NCBI GenBank assembly: GCA_938029215.1
Contig: CALHFG010000018.1
Coordinates: 4,632-68,631, forward strand
From: an uncultured Acidimicrobiales bacterium
Lineage (GTDB): Bacteria > Actinomycetota > Acidimicrobiia > Acidimicrobiales > SZUA-35
DNA: 64,000 bases
Direction: 5' to 3'
Numbering within the stretch: position 1 is the first letter of the stretch; each line of letters begins with the position of its first letter. Below are positions 8,181 to 18,595 of the stretch, piece by piece. Made by a program: the position numbers and the translations under genes. The notes under the pieces are model-generated. The model did no database searches. It was not told the DNA's origin and was given only the letters and a program-made list of their open reading frames with translations.

Positions 8181-9821
8181 ATGAGCGCTGCGCCAGATCT
8201 ACGGGAAGAACGGGAAGCGCTCGAAGAGGCCCGGATTGCGGTTCAGGAGAAGTTGCGAGTTCTTGCCCAGGTCGAAGGCGGGGCAGCCGACGCACTTACC
8301 CAGGAATACATCGACTCGGTGGTTCGTGGTGCGGTCGAGAGGCTCCAGCAGGAGCTGGTCGTTTTCGGAAGAATCGATGACCCTCATCCGTGGAGAATCG
8401 GCTTGTACGGGATCGACCGGGCTGGGGACCAGTTGGTCGTCGATTGGCGAACGCCATTGGCCCGGACCTTCTATCAGGCTGGATTCGACGAACCGCTCGG
8501 GCTCACTCGACGGGTGACCTACGTCGGCACGATCGAGGACCTGTTCGTGGAGGACTATCTCACCGGCGAGGTCGCCGGTTCCTCGCCGCTCATGCGAGAA
8601 CTCAACCGAAGTCGAGGCCAACAGATGAGAGCGGCGGTGGCAACGCTTCAAAGCGAGCAGGACCAGCTCGTTCGTCTAGCGCCAACCAAGAAGCTGGTAC
8701 TTCGGGGCGGGCCAGGAACCGGCAAGACGGTCGTTGGCCTGCACCGCGCTGCCTGGCTCGTCTACAACGACACCCGACTCACCGCCGGCCGGATTCTCAT
8801 CATCGGGCCAAGCGACAAGTTCCTGCGATTCGTTGCAGCTGTCATGCCCACGTTGGGTGAAGCACGGATTGTGCAAACCACCTTCGACCGACTGCTCGGG
8901 CCATCAACGGCAGCTGGCAGCGATGAGCGTTGGCTCGGGATTCTCGATCGGTATGAGGCCAGCCTGCTCGACCCGCACGAGGTCATCGTGGGCTACACCC
9001 GTCTCCGAATCGATGTCATTACCGACGCAGTGGAGCGAGCGTCCAAGCGCTCACTGCCCTGGCGTGACAGACGCAAGGTCTTCAACCAGATCCTTGCCAA
9101 TGGTCGCGACCTCAAGATTGGTGACGTCAGCCAAGCGACCGCCAAGATCTGGCCTCCCCGATCGGCCCGGGCCGCAATGAAACAGCTCTCGCAGCGTTCC
9201 ACTCTGGAGCGACTAGGAGCGCCGAGCGATCTGATCGATGACTGGGTGTCGAACCCAACCGATGGCGCCCTCATCGACGAGGTGCGAGCGCGTTTTGAAG
9301 GGGTCCCATCGCTGTATGGCCATGTGATCGTCGACGAAGCTCAAGACCTCAACCTGCTTCAGTTGCGGGCCATACAGCGCCGCTCAACGGGCTTCACGCT
9401 CGTCGGCGACGACGCCCAGATGTCGGCGCCCAATGGCTTGGGACTGCGCGGTGCAGCCCGTCGGCTGGGAGTCGATGTCGAAGAGTTGGCTACCGCCTAC
9501 CGAATGTCCGCCGAGATCGCGGACTGGCTGAACAATTGGGCGCGCACGAGTGGAGTCGACGCCGTGGTGTTGCTGGGCATCCGGGCCAACGGCATAGAGG
9601 TCCGAGAGATCTCGGGCAACTCGACGGTGGTGGCGGACCATCTTGAACGGCTCAGCCGATCATGGACCAACGTTTCGCTGATAACCGCCGAGGACGCCTG
9701 GAGTCACAAGGGCGTTGAGTACGACGGAGTCGTCGTTGACACCACCGATATGACGCCGGCGCAGGTATACATCGCTGCATCTCGGGCCGCTCACGAGTTG
9801 GTCATCGTGCACCCAGGTTGA
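8181..9821 (+). CDS. helD: HelD-like (helicase IV / UvrD-like) ATPase, RNA-polymerase-associated in Actinobacteria
   Basis: A coiled-coil N-terminus is followed by Walker A VLRGGPGTGKTV, a UvrD-like 1A/2A layout and the C-terminal motif VYIAASRAAHELVIV. Confidence 0.7.
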   Translation: MSAAPDLREEREALEEARIAVQEKLRVLAQVEGGAADALTQEYIDSVVRGAVERLQQELVVFGRIDDPHPWRIGLYGIDRAGDQLVVDWRTPLARTFYQAGFDEPLGLTRRVTYVGTIEDLFVEDYLTGEVAGSSPLMRELNRSRGQQMRAAVATLQSEQDQLVRLAPTKKLVLRGGPGTGKTVVGLHRAAWLVYNDTRLTAGRILIIGPSDKFLRFVAAVMPTLGEARIVQTTFDRLLGPSTAAGSDERWLGILDRYEASLLDPHEVIVGYTRLRIDVITDAVERASKRSLPWRDRRKVFNQILANGRDLKIGDVSQATAKIWPPRSARAAMKQLSQRSTLERLGAPSDLIDDWVSNPTDGALIDEVRARFEGVPSLYGHVIVDEAQDLNLLQLRAIQRRSTGFTLVGDDAQMSAPNGLGLRGAARRLGVDVEELATAYRMSAEIADWLNNWARTSGVDAVVLLGIRANGIEVREISGNSTVVADHLERLSRSWTNVSLITAEDAWSHKGVEYDGVVVDTTDMTPAQVYIAASRAAHELVIVHPG

Positions 9822-9825
9822 CCAA

Positions 9826-11610
9826 CTACAGGTCCTCGGGTCGAACCGGGCGACCGAGGTAGTAGCCCTGCAAATATTCACAACCTCGGGCCTTCAACCA
9901 CTCGAACTGCTCGGCATCCTCGACCCCCTCAGCCAACGATGTGATGTCGAGCGTGGTGAGAAGGCGGATCACACCGAGAAGCAGCTGTTCGTGCCGAGGC
10001 GAGCCAATGCCCTGAACAAAGTGCTTGTCGATCTTGACGATGTCGAACGGCAAATCCCCCAGAAGTGCCAGTGAGGACTGGCCGACCCCGAAGTCGTCCA
10101 TCGCGATCCGAACGCCTGCCTCCCGAAGTCGTTCCAGGTTGCGACGCACGTTACGGCTGTTGTCGGCGACAGCGGTCTCGGTCATCTCTACCGTCAGCCG
10201 CTCGGGACGCAGATTGAAGCTGTCGAGACAGTCCAGAATCATGGCCGACAAGCCGCCCGAACCCAGCTGAAGCGGAGAAAGGTTCACGTTTACTGCGAGA
10301 TTGGCGGGCACCCGAAAGTCGGTCTGCCACTCGGCCAACTGGGCAAGAGCCTGCTCCACGATCCATTCTCCCACCGGCAAGATGAGCCCGGTCTGTTCCA
10401 GGTGAGGAAGGAAGCGGCCGGCCGGTTCCATTCCAGAGCCGTCTTCGGTTGGCATGCGCAACAGGGCCTCGACCGCCGCCAGCCGGGTAGTCCCGGCCGC
10501 GTAGATCGGCTGGTAGTAGAGCTCAAAATCTGTCTCTCGAACGGCTCGGCCCACTCGGTTCCGCATGTAGAGGCCCTCCTCAGCCTCCTTGAACATTTCG
10601 GGGCTGAAGACTTCGAATCGGTCCCGCCCGTTGGCCTTCGCCTCGTACATCGCGAGGTCGGCGTCTCGCAAGATGTCGGCCGGTTCGTTGTGGTGCTCAG
10701 CCCTTCGGGCAACACCGATCGAGGCGCTGCAGTACAGGTCGAGGTCCTCGACCACGATCGGCTTCCGAAATTCAACGACGAGCGTGTTGGCCAGCTGCTC
10801 GCTAATCAACACATTGTCACCAGTGATCAAGATGCCGAATTCGTCTCCGCCCAGGCGGGCGATCAGGCCAGCCGACGGGATCGTCTCGGTGAGTCTCCGA
10901 CCCACTGCCTGAACCACTCGATCACCGACTTCATGTCCTAACGAGTCGTTGATGACCTTGAACCCATCCAGATCTACGAAAAGGACGGTGAACTCTTGGT
11001 TGTCGGCGAAAAGGAGCCGCAGGGCTTGGTTGAGGCTACGGCGGTTTGGCAGACCCGTGAGCTCGTCGAGGGCTGCGTACTCGGCCAACTGCCGCGCCTT
11101 GACCTGAATCTCGCGAGACTTGCTGTATTCGTCGGTTACATCCTCTGAGATCCCGAAGATCCCGATGATGACGCCGTCCTCATCGGCGAACGGCCATCGA
11201 CTTGTCCGTAGCTGCCGTCGCTGGTCGTCGACACCAAACCGTTCCTCCAGCTGATCGAGCACAGGCTCCCCGGTTAGGAGGACACGCTTGTCCATTTCGG
11301 CGGAGGCTTCGAATTCCTCAGGAGTGAGAAAGTCGGCGTCGGTCTTTCCATGAATGTCCCGTGCACCTTCACATCCGAGACTGGTCAGAAACGATCCGTT
11401 TGCCCCCAGAAAGCGAAGGTCGGTGTCCTTCCAGTATGCGAAATACGGGGCCACCTCGATGATCGCCGACATGGTCGCGATGGTGCGCTCAGCGGCTGCC
11501 AATCCCCGAAGCAAGTCTCGGTTGTTGAGCCCGAAGTCGACCGGAGACACGGGGCTCTCCAAATCCGGGCGAACTGTCATGTTCTTGGATCGACGCCGAA
11601 GCCAGAGCAC
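9826..11610 (-). CDS. PAS-GGDEF-EAL signalling protein (diguanylate cyclase/phosphodiesterase)
   Basis: Contains GGDEFGIL (GGDEF), AVEALLRM (EAL) and an N-terminal PAS-like region. The true start may be the internal ATG near 11580. Confidence 0.8.
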   Translation of the reverse strand: MLWLRRRSKNMTVRPDLESPVSPVDFGLNNRDLLRGLAAAERTIATMSAIIEVAPYFAYWKDTDLRFLGANGSFLTSLGCEGARDIHGKTDADFLTPEEFEASAEMDKRVLLTGEPVLDQLEERFGVDDQRRQLRTSRWPFADEDGVIIGIFGISEDVTDEYSKSREIQVKARQLAEYAALDELTGLPNRRSLNQALRLLFADNQEFTVLFVDLDGFKVINDSLGHEVGDRVVQAVGRRLTETIPSAGLIARLGGDEFGILITGDNVLISEQLANTLVVEFRKPIVVEDLDLYCSASIGVARRAEHHNEPADILRDADLAMYEAKANGRDRFEVFSPEMFKEAEEGLYMRNRVGRAVRETDFELYYQPIYAAGTTRLAAVEALLRMPTEDGSGMEPAGRFLPHLEQTGLILPVGEWIVEQALAQLAEWQTDFRVPANLAVNVNLSPLQLGSGGLSAMILDCLDSFNLRPERLTVEMTETAVADNSRNVRRNLERLREAGVRIAMDDFGVGQSSLALLGDLPFDIVKIDKHFVQGIGSPRHEQLLLGVIRLLTTLDITSLAEGVEDAEQFEWLKARGCEYLQGYYLGRPVRPEDL

Positions 11611-11667
11611 TTAAGCGCGAGTAGGACATGCCTGCGCTCCCGACGCAACAGCGGCCACAATGGGTAC

Positions 11668-12885
11668 GTGAATCGGTCCGGGGTCCGCACGTGGGTGGGG
11701 GCGATGATGTTCGTGGGGATCGTCGTGTTGTTGCAAGCCTGCTCCTCAGACGCCTCCCCGCCGGTTCCTGCGGTCGTGGAGTCCGCGTCGGGCAATCAGA
11801 CAGCGCCGTTCCGAGACCGGATCCCCGTACTTCCCGATGAGCGGTTTGACTATCAGACACCGGTGCCCGATCACTTCATCGACGATGGCTCCGGCGTGTC
11901 CGTCCTCGACCTCGATCGGACCGGTGGAGAGCTGGACGACGCGGTGCTTACGGTTGGCCGCGTGCTGTTCTACGACGTCAACCTCAGTAACTCTCGCACC
12001 GTTCGCTGTGCATCCTGCCATGTGCAGGACGCATCCTTCGCCGACACCCAGACCCTCAGTCTCGGCGTACGGTCGGTAACCGACCGCCATTCCATGGCTC
12101 TGGCCAACGCGGTGTTTACGCCGAGCGGCCAGTTCTTCTGGGACAACCGGGCCGCCTCGCTTGAGGGTCAGATCGAAGAAGCGATCACGAGCCCGATCGA
12201 GATGGGCCTCACGCTCCCGCAGCTCGTACAGAGAGTGGAAGAGCGGCCGTTCTACCCGGCTTTGTTCAATGACGCCTTTGGGGATGACCGAATAACCGAC
12301 GAGAGAATCATCGGTGCAATCGCGGACTTTGTCCGAGGCATGGTCAGCGCAAACGCTCGCTACGACATCGGGAGGAGCGACGCCGACAATCCGTTGGAGC
12401 CGTTCTCCAACTTTACCGACCAAGAGAACCAGGGAAAGGAACTCTTCTTTACGCCAATTCGCGAAGGCGGAGGCAGTTGCTCGGCATGTCACACCGGTGA
12501 AGCCCAAATCGTTATTGGAGCCAAGAACAACGGACTGTCCGCGGACGACATCGATCAACTGGGCCGGCTCGACACCGGCGTGTTCCGGTCTACCGGAATC
12601 GAATCCGATCGCGGAACGTTCCGAGCACCGTCACTTCGCAACGTGAACGTGACCGAGCCGTACATGCACGACGGTCGATTCTTTACCTTGAAAGCGGTCG
12701 TAGAACACTACAACAACGGGATCGCCGACCACCCGCAACTGGATACCGAGTTGCGGGCGGACGACGGGAGACCGGTTCGGCTCGGGTGGAGTACCGAACA
12801 GGTGGATGCCGTGGTGTCGTTTTTGGAAACCTTGACCGACGAGACGTTCCTCACCGATCCACGGTTCGCCGACCCATTCCGGTGA
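11668..12885 (+). CDS. Di-haem cytochrome c peroxidase (CCP/MauG family) lipoprotein
   Basis: Two haem-binding motifs, CASCH and CSACH. A GTG start at 11668 gives MNRSGVRTWVGAMMFVGIVVLLQACSS, a lipobox signal. The ORF opens at 11350 but overlaps the upstream gene there. Confidence 0.75.
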   Translation: MNRSGVRTWVGAMMFVGIVVLLQACSSDASPPVPAVVESASGNQTAPFRDRIPVLPDERFDYQTPVPDHFIDDGSGVSVLDLDRTGGELDDAVLTVGRVLFYDVNLSNSRTVRCASCHVQDASFADTQTLSLGVRSVTDRHSMALANAVFTPSGQFFWDNRAASLEGQIEEAITSPIEMGLTLPQLVQRVEERPFYPALFNDAFGDDRITDERIIGAIADFVRGMVSANARYDIGRSDADNPLEPFSNFTDQENQGKELFFTPIREGGGSCSACHTGEAQIVIGAKNNGLSADDIDQLGRLDTGVFRSTGIESDRGTFRAPSLRNVNVTEPYMHDGRFFTLKAVVEHYNNGIADHPQLDTELRADDGRPVRLGWSTEQVDAVVSFLETLTDETFLTDPRFADPFR

Positions 12886-13644
12886 TTACTTGAACACGTG
12901 GGTTCCGTACCAGCCGTTGTCGGTGAGCACGATGCCTACACCAATCGTGGTGTAGTTGGCATTGGTCATATTCGCGTAGTGTCCGGGACTATCGATCCAG
13001 TTGGTATTGAATGTCTCGGCGGCCCATACGCCGGATTGGGACGTGTCGGACGCAAAGGCGATGTTCTCGCCATAGGGCGCGTCGCTGTGTTCGAAGTTGC
13101 CGGTTGATCCCATCTCGGCGCTCCAACTGCGAGCGAACTCGTCCATGGTGGTATCTCTAACCAGAGGCGTGAGGCCCAGCGACACTCGTAGCTCGTTCAG
13201 AAGTTGGAAGGACCGATCATCCGCGTCGGTCGCCGGTGGCGAGGTTACTGGCGCACTGGTCTCGGCGGGAGCGGATGTAACGGGCTGGGTCGTTTCGACC
13301 GGTGGATTGTCCGCCGGTGCGTTGTCGACCGGGGCGGCCGTGGTTGCGGGTGCCGCCGTTGTCGAGGTCTCAGCTGGCGGCACGTCGGTGGTGGTCGATT
13401 CGATCGAGCCTTCGTCATCGCTGGCCGGCTCCGCCACCGTAGTTGTTGTTTCGCTGGAGGTTGTTGTCTCGTCATCCAGTGCAAGCTGATCAGGGATTTC
13501 ATCCGATTGCGCGCCGATCGTTGGTCCCCCGCAGGCTGTGATAGCCATGGCGGAGACGGTAGCCAGGATGGTCAGTCGAAGTCTTGGGCCTCGAGTCGGT
13601 TGGGGCTCGGTCGAGTTGGATCCGAGGGTGGTTCGTCGAAACAT
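12886..13644 (-). CDS. CAP (SCP/PR-1/YkwD-like) domain lipoprotein with a Thr/Ala/Pro-rich linker
   Basis: Lipobox ...AMAITACGG followed by a low-complexity TTAAPATTAAP linker. The C-terminal CAP signature is GHYANMTNANYTTIGVGIV...GTHVF. Confidence 0.65.
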   Translation of the reverse strand: MFRRTTLGSNSTEPQPTRGPRLRLTILATVSAMAITACGGPTIGAQSDEIPDQLALDDETTTSSETTTTVAEPASDDEGSIESTTTDVPPAETSTTAAPATTAAPVDNAPADNPPVETTQPVTSAPAETSAPVTSPPATDADDRSFQLLNELRVSLGLTPLVRDTTMDEFARSWSAEMGSTGNFEHSDAPYGENIAFASDTSQSGVWAAETFNTNWIDSPGHYANMTNANYTTIGVGIVLTDNGWYGTHVFK

Positions 13645-13758
13645 GGATTCACTCCTTCACCGCCCAAGGGCGGGGTGGGGACGGAACCCAATGCATCGAC
13701 TTACTGCGCCCAAATCTTTAGGGCTTTTCACCTACGTCCCTGGTCCGATCGGCCCGGG

Positions 13759-14601
13759 TCAACCCTCCAACCGTTCCGTTGGAAGCGGCACATTGCCCGC
13801 CCCTCGTACCGTTTGATCGAAGTCGATCACTGTGCCGGTCATCATTCCGGCCTCGTCGCTCAAGACGAAGGCGATGGTATTCACGATCTCGTCGGTCTTC
13901 ACGAGTCGACCGAATGGCATCCGAGCCTCCGCTTCGGCCAGCCATGTGTCGCCACCATCGTGGAACGTGCGTTGGATCACATCCTCGCCGGGAGTGTCCA
14001 TCCAGCCGGGGTTGACGGCCACCACTCGGATTTGGTCGAACATCAACGCAAACGCCGCGTTCTTCGTCATGGACATCAGCGCGCCCTTGGCGGTTGAGTA
14101 AGCAAGGAGGTTTGGTGGCCCGCCCCAAGCGACCACGCTGCCAATATTGACCACCGACGCGGGAACCTTGGCCGCTCGCGCCATGTGAGCGACTCCCTGG
14201 ATGAGCTGGAAGGGTGCCCGCGTATTGACCGCCATCATCTTGTCGAAGAAGTCAGTGCTGGTGTCGAGGATGGTGCCGCGTTCGGTGAGTGCAGCACAGT
14301 TAGCTAAGTGGTGAACGACCCCGAACCGTTCCTGCGCTGCCCGAATGATCCCCTCAACACTCGCGGCATCGGACAGATCGGCTGCCACGAAAATGGCGTC
14401 ACATCCTCGCTCGGTGAGCGAAGCTACGACTTCGGCGCCCCGTTCGGCGTGGCGTCCGGTCACCACCGCACCCGAAAGTCCTTCATCGGCCATGCGTTCG
14501 AGCAGCGCCCGCCCCAACCCCTGGGTCGAACCGGTGACTATTGCGTTCCTGCCTGAGAATCTTCCCGTCATGCCTCTGATCCTAGATACAGCCCAACTCA
14601 A
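13759..14601 (-). CDS. Short-chain dehydrogenase/reductase (SDR)
   Basis: Contains GRNAIVTGSTQGLGRA (TGxxxGxG) and the NAG / YxxxK-type layout. Confidence 0.8.
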   Translation of the reverse strand: MSWAVSRIRGMTGRFSGRNAIVTGSTQGLGRALLERMADEGLSGAVVTGRHAERGAEVVASLTERGCDAIFVAADLSDAASVEGIIRAAQERFGVVHHLANCAALTERGTILDTSTDFFDKMMAVNTRAPFQLIQGVAHMARAAKVPASVVNIGSVVAWGGPPNLLAYSTAKGALMSMTKNAAFALMFDQIRVVAVNPGWMDTPGEDVIQRTFHDGGDTWLAEAEARMPFGRLVKTDEIVNTIAFVLSDEAGMMTGTVIDFDQTVRGAGNVPLPTERLEG

Positions 14602-14624
14602 CCGGTCATGACCCGCTCGAATGC

Positions 14625-15350
14625 CTACACCAGCAAGAGACCGAGGCGAACGGTGTATCCGCTCATCACGGTCCAGAACAGGATCGCGAACCGGTGTTCA
14701 CCGACACGTTCGTTGAGTGAGGATCCGGTCCAGGTTCCTAACGCCATAAGCGGGATCGCCGCCAGGGCCATGAAGACCGAACTCCGGCCCAACAGATCGG
14801 CCTCGGCGAAGATTGCCGTTTTGGTTGCGTCGCCGGCGAACGATGCCAGCGAGGCGGCGCCGACAAAGTGCCGTCGGTCCAGGTCGAGGTTACGAATAGC
14901 GACACCCTTCAGTGGGCCGCTGGTTCCCGAGAATCCGCTCGAGGCACCCGAGACGAGCGCGAGTAACGGGGCGAATCCTGTTCGTACCGTGGTCAGTTGG
15001 AGCCGTTCCGCGATCATGGTCGAGACGAACATGAAGATCACGCCGGCGGTCACAACGATGGTGGGAGCTTTCACAAGCAACGTCGAGCCCAATGCGGCGC
15101 CCAATGCAATCAGGATCACGATCGGCACGGCGGCTCGGAAGGGCAGCGTCTTTCTGTAGGCGATGATCTTGGCCATGTTGTTGCTGGCCAACAAGAGTCC
15201 GGCGAGCGCCACGCCTTCCTTGGTCCCCAAATACAACGCCAGGGTTGGAACGAGAACCAACGATCCGCCGAGACCGGCCGAAGCCGAAACGGCAAACGAC
15301 ACGAACACCAACACGAGCACGCCAACGATTGCAAGAATTTCCACTACCAC
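14625..15350 (-). CDS. TauE/SafE (DUF81) family membrane exporter, a second paralog
   Basis: Hydrophobic, Gly-rich protein (SASAGLGGSLVLVPTL ... SGASSGFSGTSGPL). It is a paralog of the gene at 7350..8108. Confidence 0.7.
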   Translation of the reverse strand: MVVEILAIVGVLVLVFVSFAVSASAGLGGSLVLVPTLALYLGTKEGVALAGLLLASNNMAKIIAYRKTLPFRAAVPIVILIALGAALGSTLLVKAPTIVVTAGVIFMFVSTMIAERLQLTTVRTGFAPLLALVSGASSGFSGTSGPLKGVAIRNLDLDRRHFVGAASLASFAGDATKTAIFAEADLLGRSSVFMALAAIPLMALGTWTGSSLNERVGEHRFAILFWTVMSGYTVRLGLLLV

Positions 15351-15392
15351 TCCTCTGCGTTGTTGCTTAGGTGTTACCCACCTAGCAACAAC

Positions 15393-18300
15393 TCACGCTC
15401 CGATGACCCCGGTACCTACATCTAGAAGGTTTCGGTTCATGTCGGCCACGTCAGCTGCAACGAACTGGTCCAAGAGCGCCAGCTGTTCATCAATTTGAGC
15501 GGAAAGCTTTTCGAATACCTCATAGGACTGCTTGGTGGGCGGCTTGTCGGCACTACTGACCACCGGAGGCAACCCGTTCAGCTTTTCGAACAACATGTTG
15601 CGGTAGTTCAGCGTGTCGCCAGCCGATGTGAACTCAGGCTGCACCAGCGCCAGCTCGATGGCCGTGAGCCCGCCGGAGACCTTTTCCAACTTGGTGCAGG
15701 TGGCCTCGTCGCTCACGCGTTCCTGGCACTCAGCCAACTGGGCCTTCATGGTGCGAATCGAGTTGACTCCGACCACAACCTCGTTCAGCTTCGACTGAAT
15801 CTTCAGCAGAAGGTCGAACTGCTCAGCCAGTTCTTCGTCGGTCGTGGTGACCCGGGGATCTTTGAATAACTCGAACGTCTGGCTCTGCTCCTTGCCGTCG
15901 ACCGTGAGAGTCACGGTGTAGGAACCAGGCTTGGCCAGCGGCCCCTTTGGCCGGCCGTGGAAGTTGGAGTCCTTCATCTTTTCGCCCGACGGGTAGAACA
16001 TCGGCCACTGGAAGCTATTCACCCCCTCGTCGGCTGTGATATACAAACCCGTCCTGTCCTCCTTGGTCTCGGGAATGTCGCTCGTGAACGTTTCAATGAC
16101 GGTGCCAGCGGAGTCCGCGAACGTAAGCGTTGCCCCCGCCTCTGGTTTGCTGGCTAGGAAGTAAGTAACTCGCACCCCTGGGTCGAGATCTTCGCCACCG
16201 TCGAGGACCCGCTTGGTTTTGTGCCCCGTTTCGTGCTCTTCGAGAATGAACGTGGCGTTTTGGCCCAGCGTGACGTGATAGTTCTTGCCGCCGGCGGCGC
16301 CCCAAAAGTCAGCAAACATGTCGGGCGGAACCCGAACGGTGTCGACGGGCTTGAAGAGATGATCGTCCGACTTCCCGACCGCAACAAGCTCGTCGTGAAT
16401 CTGATGCAGCTGTGTGAGGTCGTCGAGAATCCAGAACGATCGACCGTGCGTGGCGATGACGAGATCAGTGTCCTTCACGACGAAGTCATACACCGGGGTG
16501 ACAGGCAGGTTGGCCTGGATCGACTGCCAGTTGGCACCACTGTCGAACGAGGCGTAGATCCCCAGTTCGGTGCCCACATACAGAAGTCCCTTTCGGTTGG
16601 GATCTTCTCGGATCACCCGGCAGAAGTCGTCCTCTGGCAGGCCGTTGGTAATTGACGTCCACGTCTCGCCAAAGTCGGTTGTCACGAACACATAGGGGGC
16701 GTAGTCGCCTTCCTTGTGTCGGGCGACGGTCATGTACACCGTTCCCTCGTCATGTTCGGATTCTGCCAACATCGTGACCTGGGAGAACTTTGGTAGCCCG
16801 TCAGGCGTGACGTTCTTCCACTCTCCGCCGTTGTCGTGGCTCACGTGCACCAGACCGTCGTCGGACCCCGCCATGAGAACTCCCGGGCGGTGGGCCGAGG
16901 CCATGAACGAAAAGATCGTTGCGTACATTTCGGCGCCCGCGGTGTCCATGGTGAGGGGTCCGGAGACTCCCATGGTTTCCGGATCGGCGTAGGTGAGGTC
17001 GGGGCTGATGGCATCCCAACTGGCTCCCTCGTTCTCCGACTTGAAGACCTTGTTGCCACAGGCATACAGCACATTGGAGTCCTGCGGCGAGAACACGATC
17101 GGGTAGGTCCACTGGAATCGCACCTCGGCGGTGTTGCCGTCGTGGTATTCCTCGGGCCACACGCTTACCAGCTGCACCTGGTCGGTGGTTCGGTCATAAC
17201 GTTGGAGCGCGTCTCCTCCGCCCATCGATGATCCGATCGCCCCTACGTAGACGATGCTCGGGTCGCCTGGCTTCGGAGCGATGTAGCCGCTCTCCGCGGT
17301 ACCGGGCGGGTAACAATCGCCCCAGTTGATCGCTCCCTTTCCATTCTTGCTCGGGACCGCGATGCTGCTGTTGTCCTGTTGGGTTCCGTACACCAGGTAC
17401 GGGTACTGGTCATCGACCGCCACGTGATAGAACTGCGCCGTCAGCTGGTTGTACACCGACGACCATGTGGTGCCCTCGTTCATCGAAACCCAGGCCCCGC
17501 CGTCGTCACAGCCGATCATTCGCTTTGGGTTCTTGGGATCGATCCATAACGCATGATTGTCACCGTGAGGCGTGGACCATTCGGTGAACTCCTTGCCACC
17601 GTCGACCGACTTCCACGCCTTCATGTTCATCACGTAGACGGTCTCGGGATCGGTGGGGTGAGCGATCACATGTTGGTAGTACCAGGGCCGCCAGCACAGC
17701 TCGGGCTTGGACGACGTCTTGACCCAGGTATCGCCGTTGTCCTCGCTGCGATACAGACCACGTTTGCGCCCCTCGGCCTCGACAACAGCCCAGACTCTTC
17801 CCGACCGAGCCGGAGAGATGGCGACGCCCATCTTCCCCAGCGTTCCCGAAGGCAGACCTGGTGAGCGACTGATGTCCTCCCATGTGTCGCCGCCATCGCG
17901 TGATCGCCACAAGCCGCAATCCGGGCCGCCACTAGTCATCGACCAGAAATTCCGCCGGGCCTGCCAGATCGTGGCAAACAAGAGCCGCGGATTGTTGGGG
18001 TCCATGGAGATATCGACTGCGCCAGCGCCATCGCTCACATGCAGAACCTGTTCCCACGAGCCGCCACCATCGCTGGATCGGTAGACCCCTCGCTCGGGGT
18101 TGTCCTTTGCGGCGTGTCCCAATGCGGCCACGTAGACAAGGTCAGGGTTTGAAGGATGAACCCGGATCGCTCCGATATGACGGCTTTCCTTTAGACCCAC
18201 ATGGGTCCAATGAGCACCCGCGTCGGTCGATTTGTAGACACCGTCGCCATGGCTCACGTCGATACGGATCGTCGATTCGCCCGTGCCGGCGTAAATCACG

Positions 18301-18542
18301 TTCGGATCGGACTCGGCCACCGCAAGGGCTCCAATCGACCCGGTGGTCATCTGACCATCTGAGATGTTCTCCCAATAGGTGCCACAGTCATCGGACTTCC
18401 ACACGCCACCGGCGACAGAACCGAAATAAAAGGTGGCCTGATCGTTGGGGTCGGCCGCGACGGCAACCACTCGGCCAGCCCGGGTCGGACCAATACAGCG
18501 ATAGCGGACCTGGCGAAGAAGTTCTGGGTCTATTTGGGCCAT
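15393..18542 (-). CDS. Large BNR/Asp-box repeat protein (tandem beta-propellers, sortilin/Vps10- or GH74-like); no signal peptide detected
   Basis: Eleven or more S-x-D-x-G-x-T-W boxes, for example KSDDCGTYW, KSTDAGAHW, RSSDGGGSW, RSRDGGDTW, VSMNEGTTW and SFDSGANW. The protein is 1049 aa. Confidence 0.6.
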   Translation of the reverse strand: MAQIDPELLRQVRYRCIGPTRAGRVVAVAADPNDQATFYFGSVAGGVWKSDDCGTYWENISDGQMTTGSIGALAVAESDPNVIYAGTGESTIRIDVSHGDGVYKSTDAGAHWTHVGLKESRHIGAIRVHPSNPDLVYVAALGHAAKDNPERGVYRSSDGGGSWEQVLHVSDGAGAVDISMDPNNPRLLFATIWQARRNFWSMTSGGPDCGLWRSRDGGDTWEDISRSPGLPSGTLGKMGVAISPARSGRVWAVVEAEGRKRGLYRSEDNGDTWVKTSSKPELCWRPWYYQHVIAHPTDPETVYVMNMKAWKSVDGGKEFTEWSTPHGDNHALWIDPKNPKRMIGCDDGGAWVSMNEGTTWSSVYNQLTAQFYHVAVDDQYPYLVYGTQQDNSSIAVPSKNGKGAINWGDCYPPGTAESGYIAPKPGDPSIVYVGAIGSSMGGGDALQRYDRTTDQVQLVSVWPEEYHDGNTAEVRFQWTYPIVFSPQDSNVLYACGNKVFKSENEGASWDAISPDLTYADPETMGVSGPLTMDTAGAEMYATIFSFMASAHRPGVLMAGSDDGLVHVSHDNGGEWKNVTPDGLPKFSQVTMLAESEHDEGTVYMTVARHKEGDYAPYVFVTTDFGETWTSITNGLPEDDFCRVIREDPNRKGLLYVGTELGIYASFDSGANWQSIQANLPVTPVYDFVVKDTDLVIATHGRSFWILDDLTQLHQIHDELVAVGKSDDHLFKPVDTVRVPPDMFADFWGAAGGKNYHVTLGQNATFILEEHETGHKTKRVLDGGEDLDPGVRVTYFLASKPEAGATLTFADSAGTVIETFTSDIPETKEDRTGLYITADEGVNSFQWPMFYPSGEKMKDSNFHGRPKGPLAKPGSYTVTLTVDGKEQSQTFELFKDPRVTTTDEELAEQFDLLLKIQSKLNEVVVGVNSIRTMKAQLAECQERVSDEATCTKLEKVSGGLTAIELALVQPEFTSAGDTLNYRNMLFEKLNGLPPVVSSADKPPTKQSYEVFEKLSAQIDEQLALLDQFVAADVADMNRNLLDVGTGVIGA

Positions 18543-18595
18543 ACCCGAAACCTAACATCGTCTCTCGCACGGCAAGAACTTGACACAATGGGCTC

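Noticed and set aside
13204-14097. Long antisense/overlapping ORFs, for example 13204..14097 (+), 350..730, 799..1377, 63001..63501 and many others of 60-300 aa
   Set aside because: They lie opposite or out of frame to genes with clear family signatures. In ~65% GC DNA, stop-free antisense frames are expected by chance. Their translations are Arg/Pro/Gly-rich low-complexity sequences with no motifs.
18543-18595. TTGACA hexamer at ~18578 as a -35 promoter element for the APH gene
   Set aside because: It sits only ~13 nt upstream of the ATG, so a -10 at canonical spacing would fall inside the coding sequence. The match is probably fortuitous.
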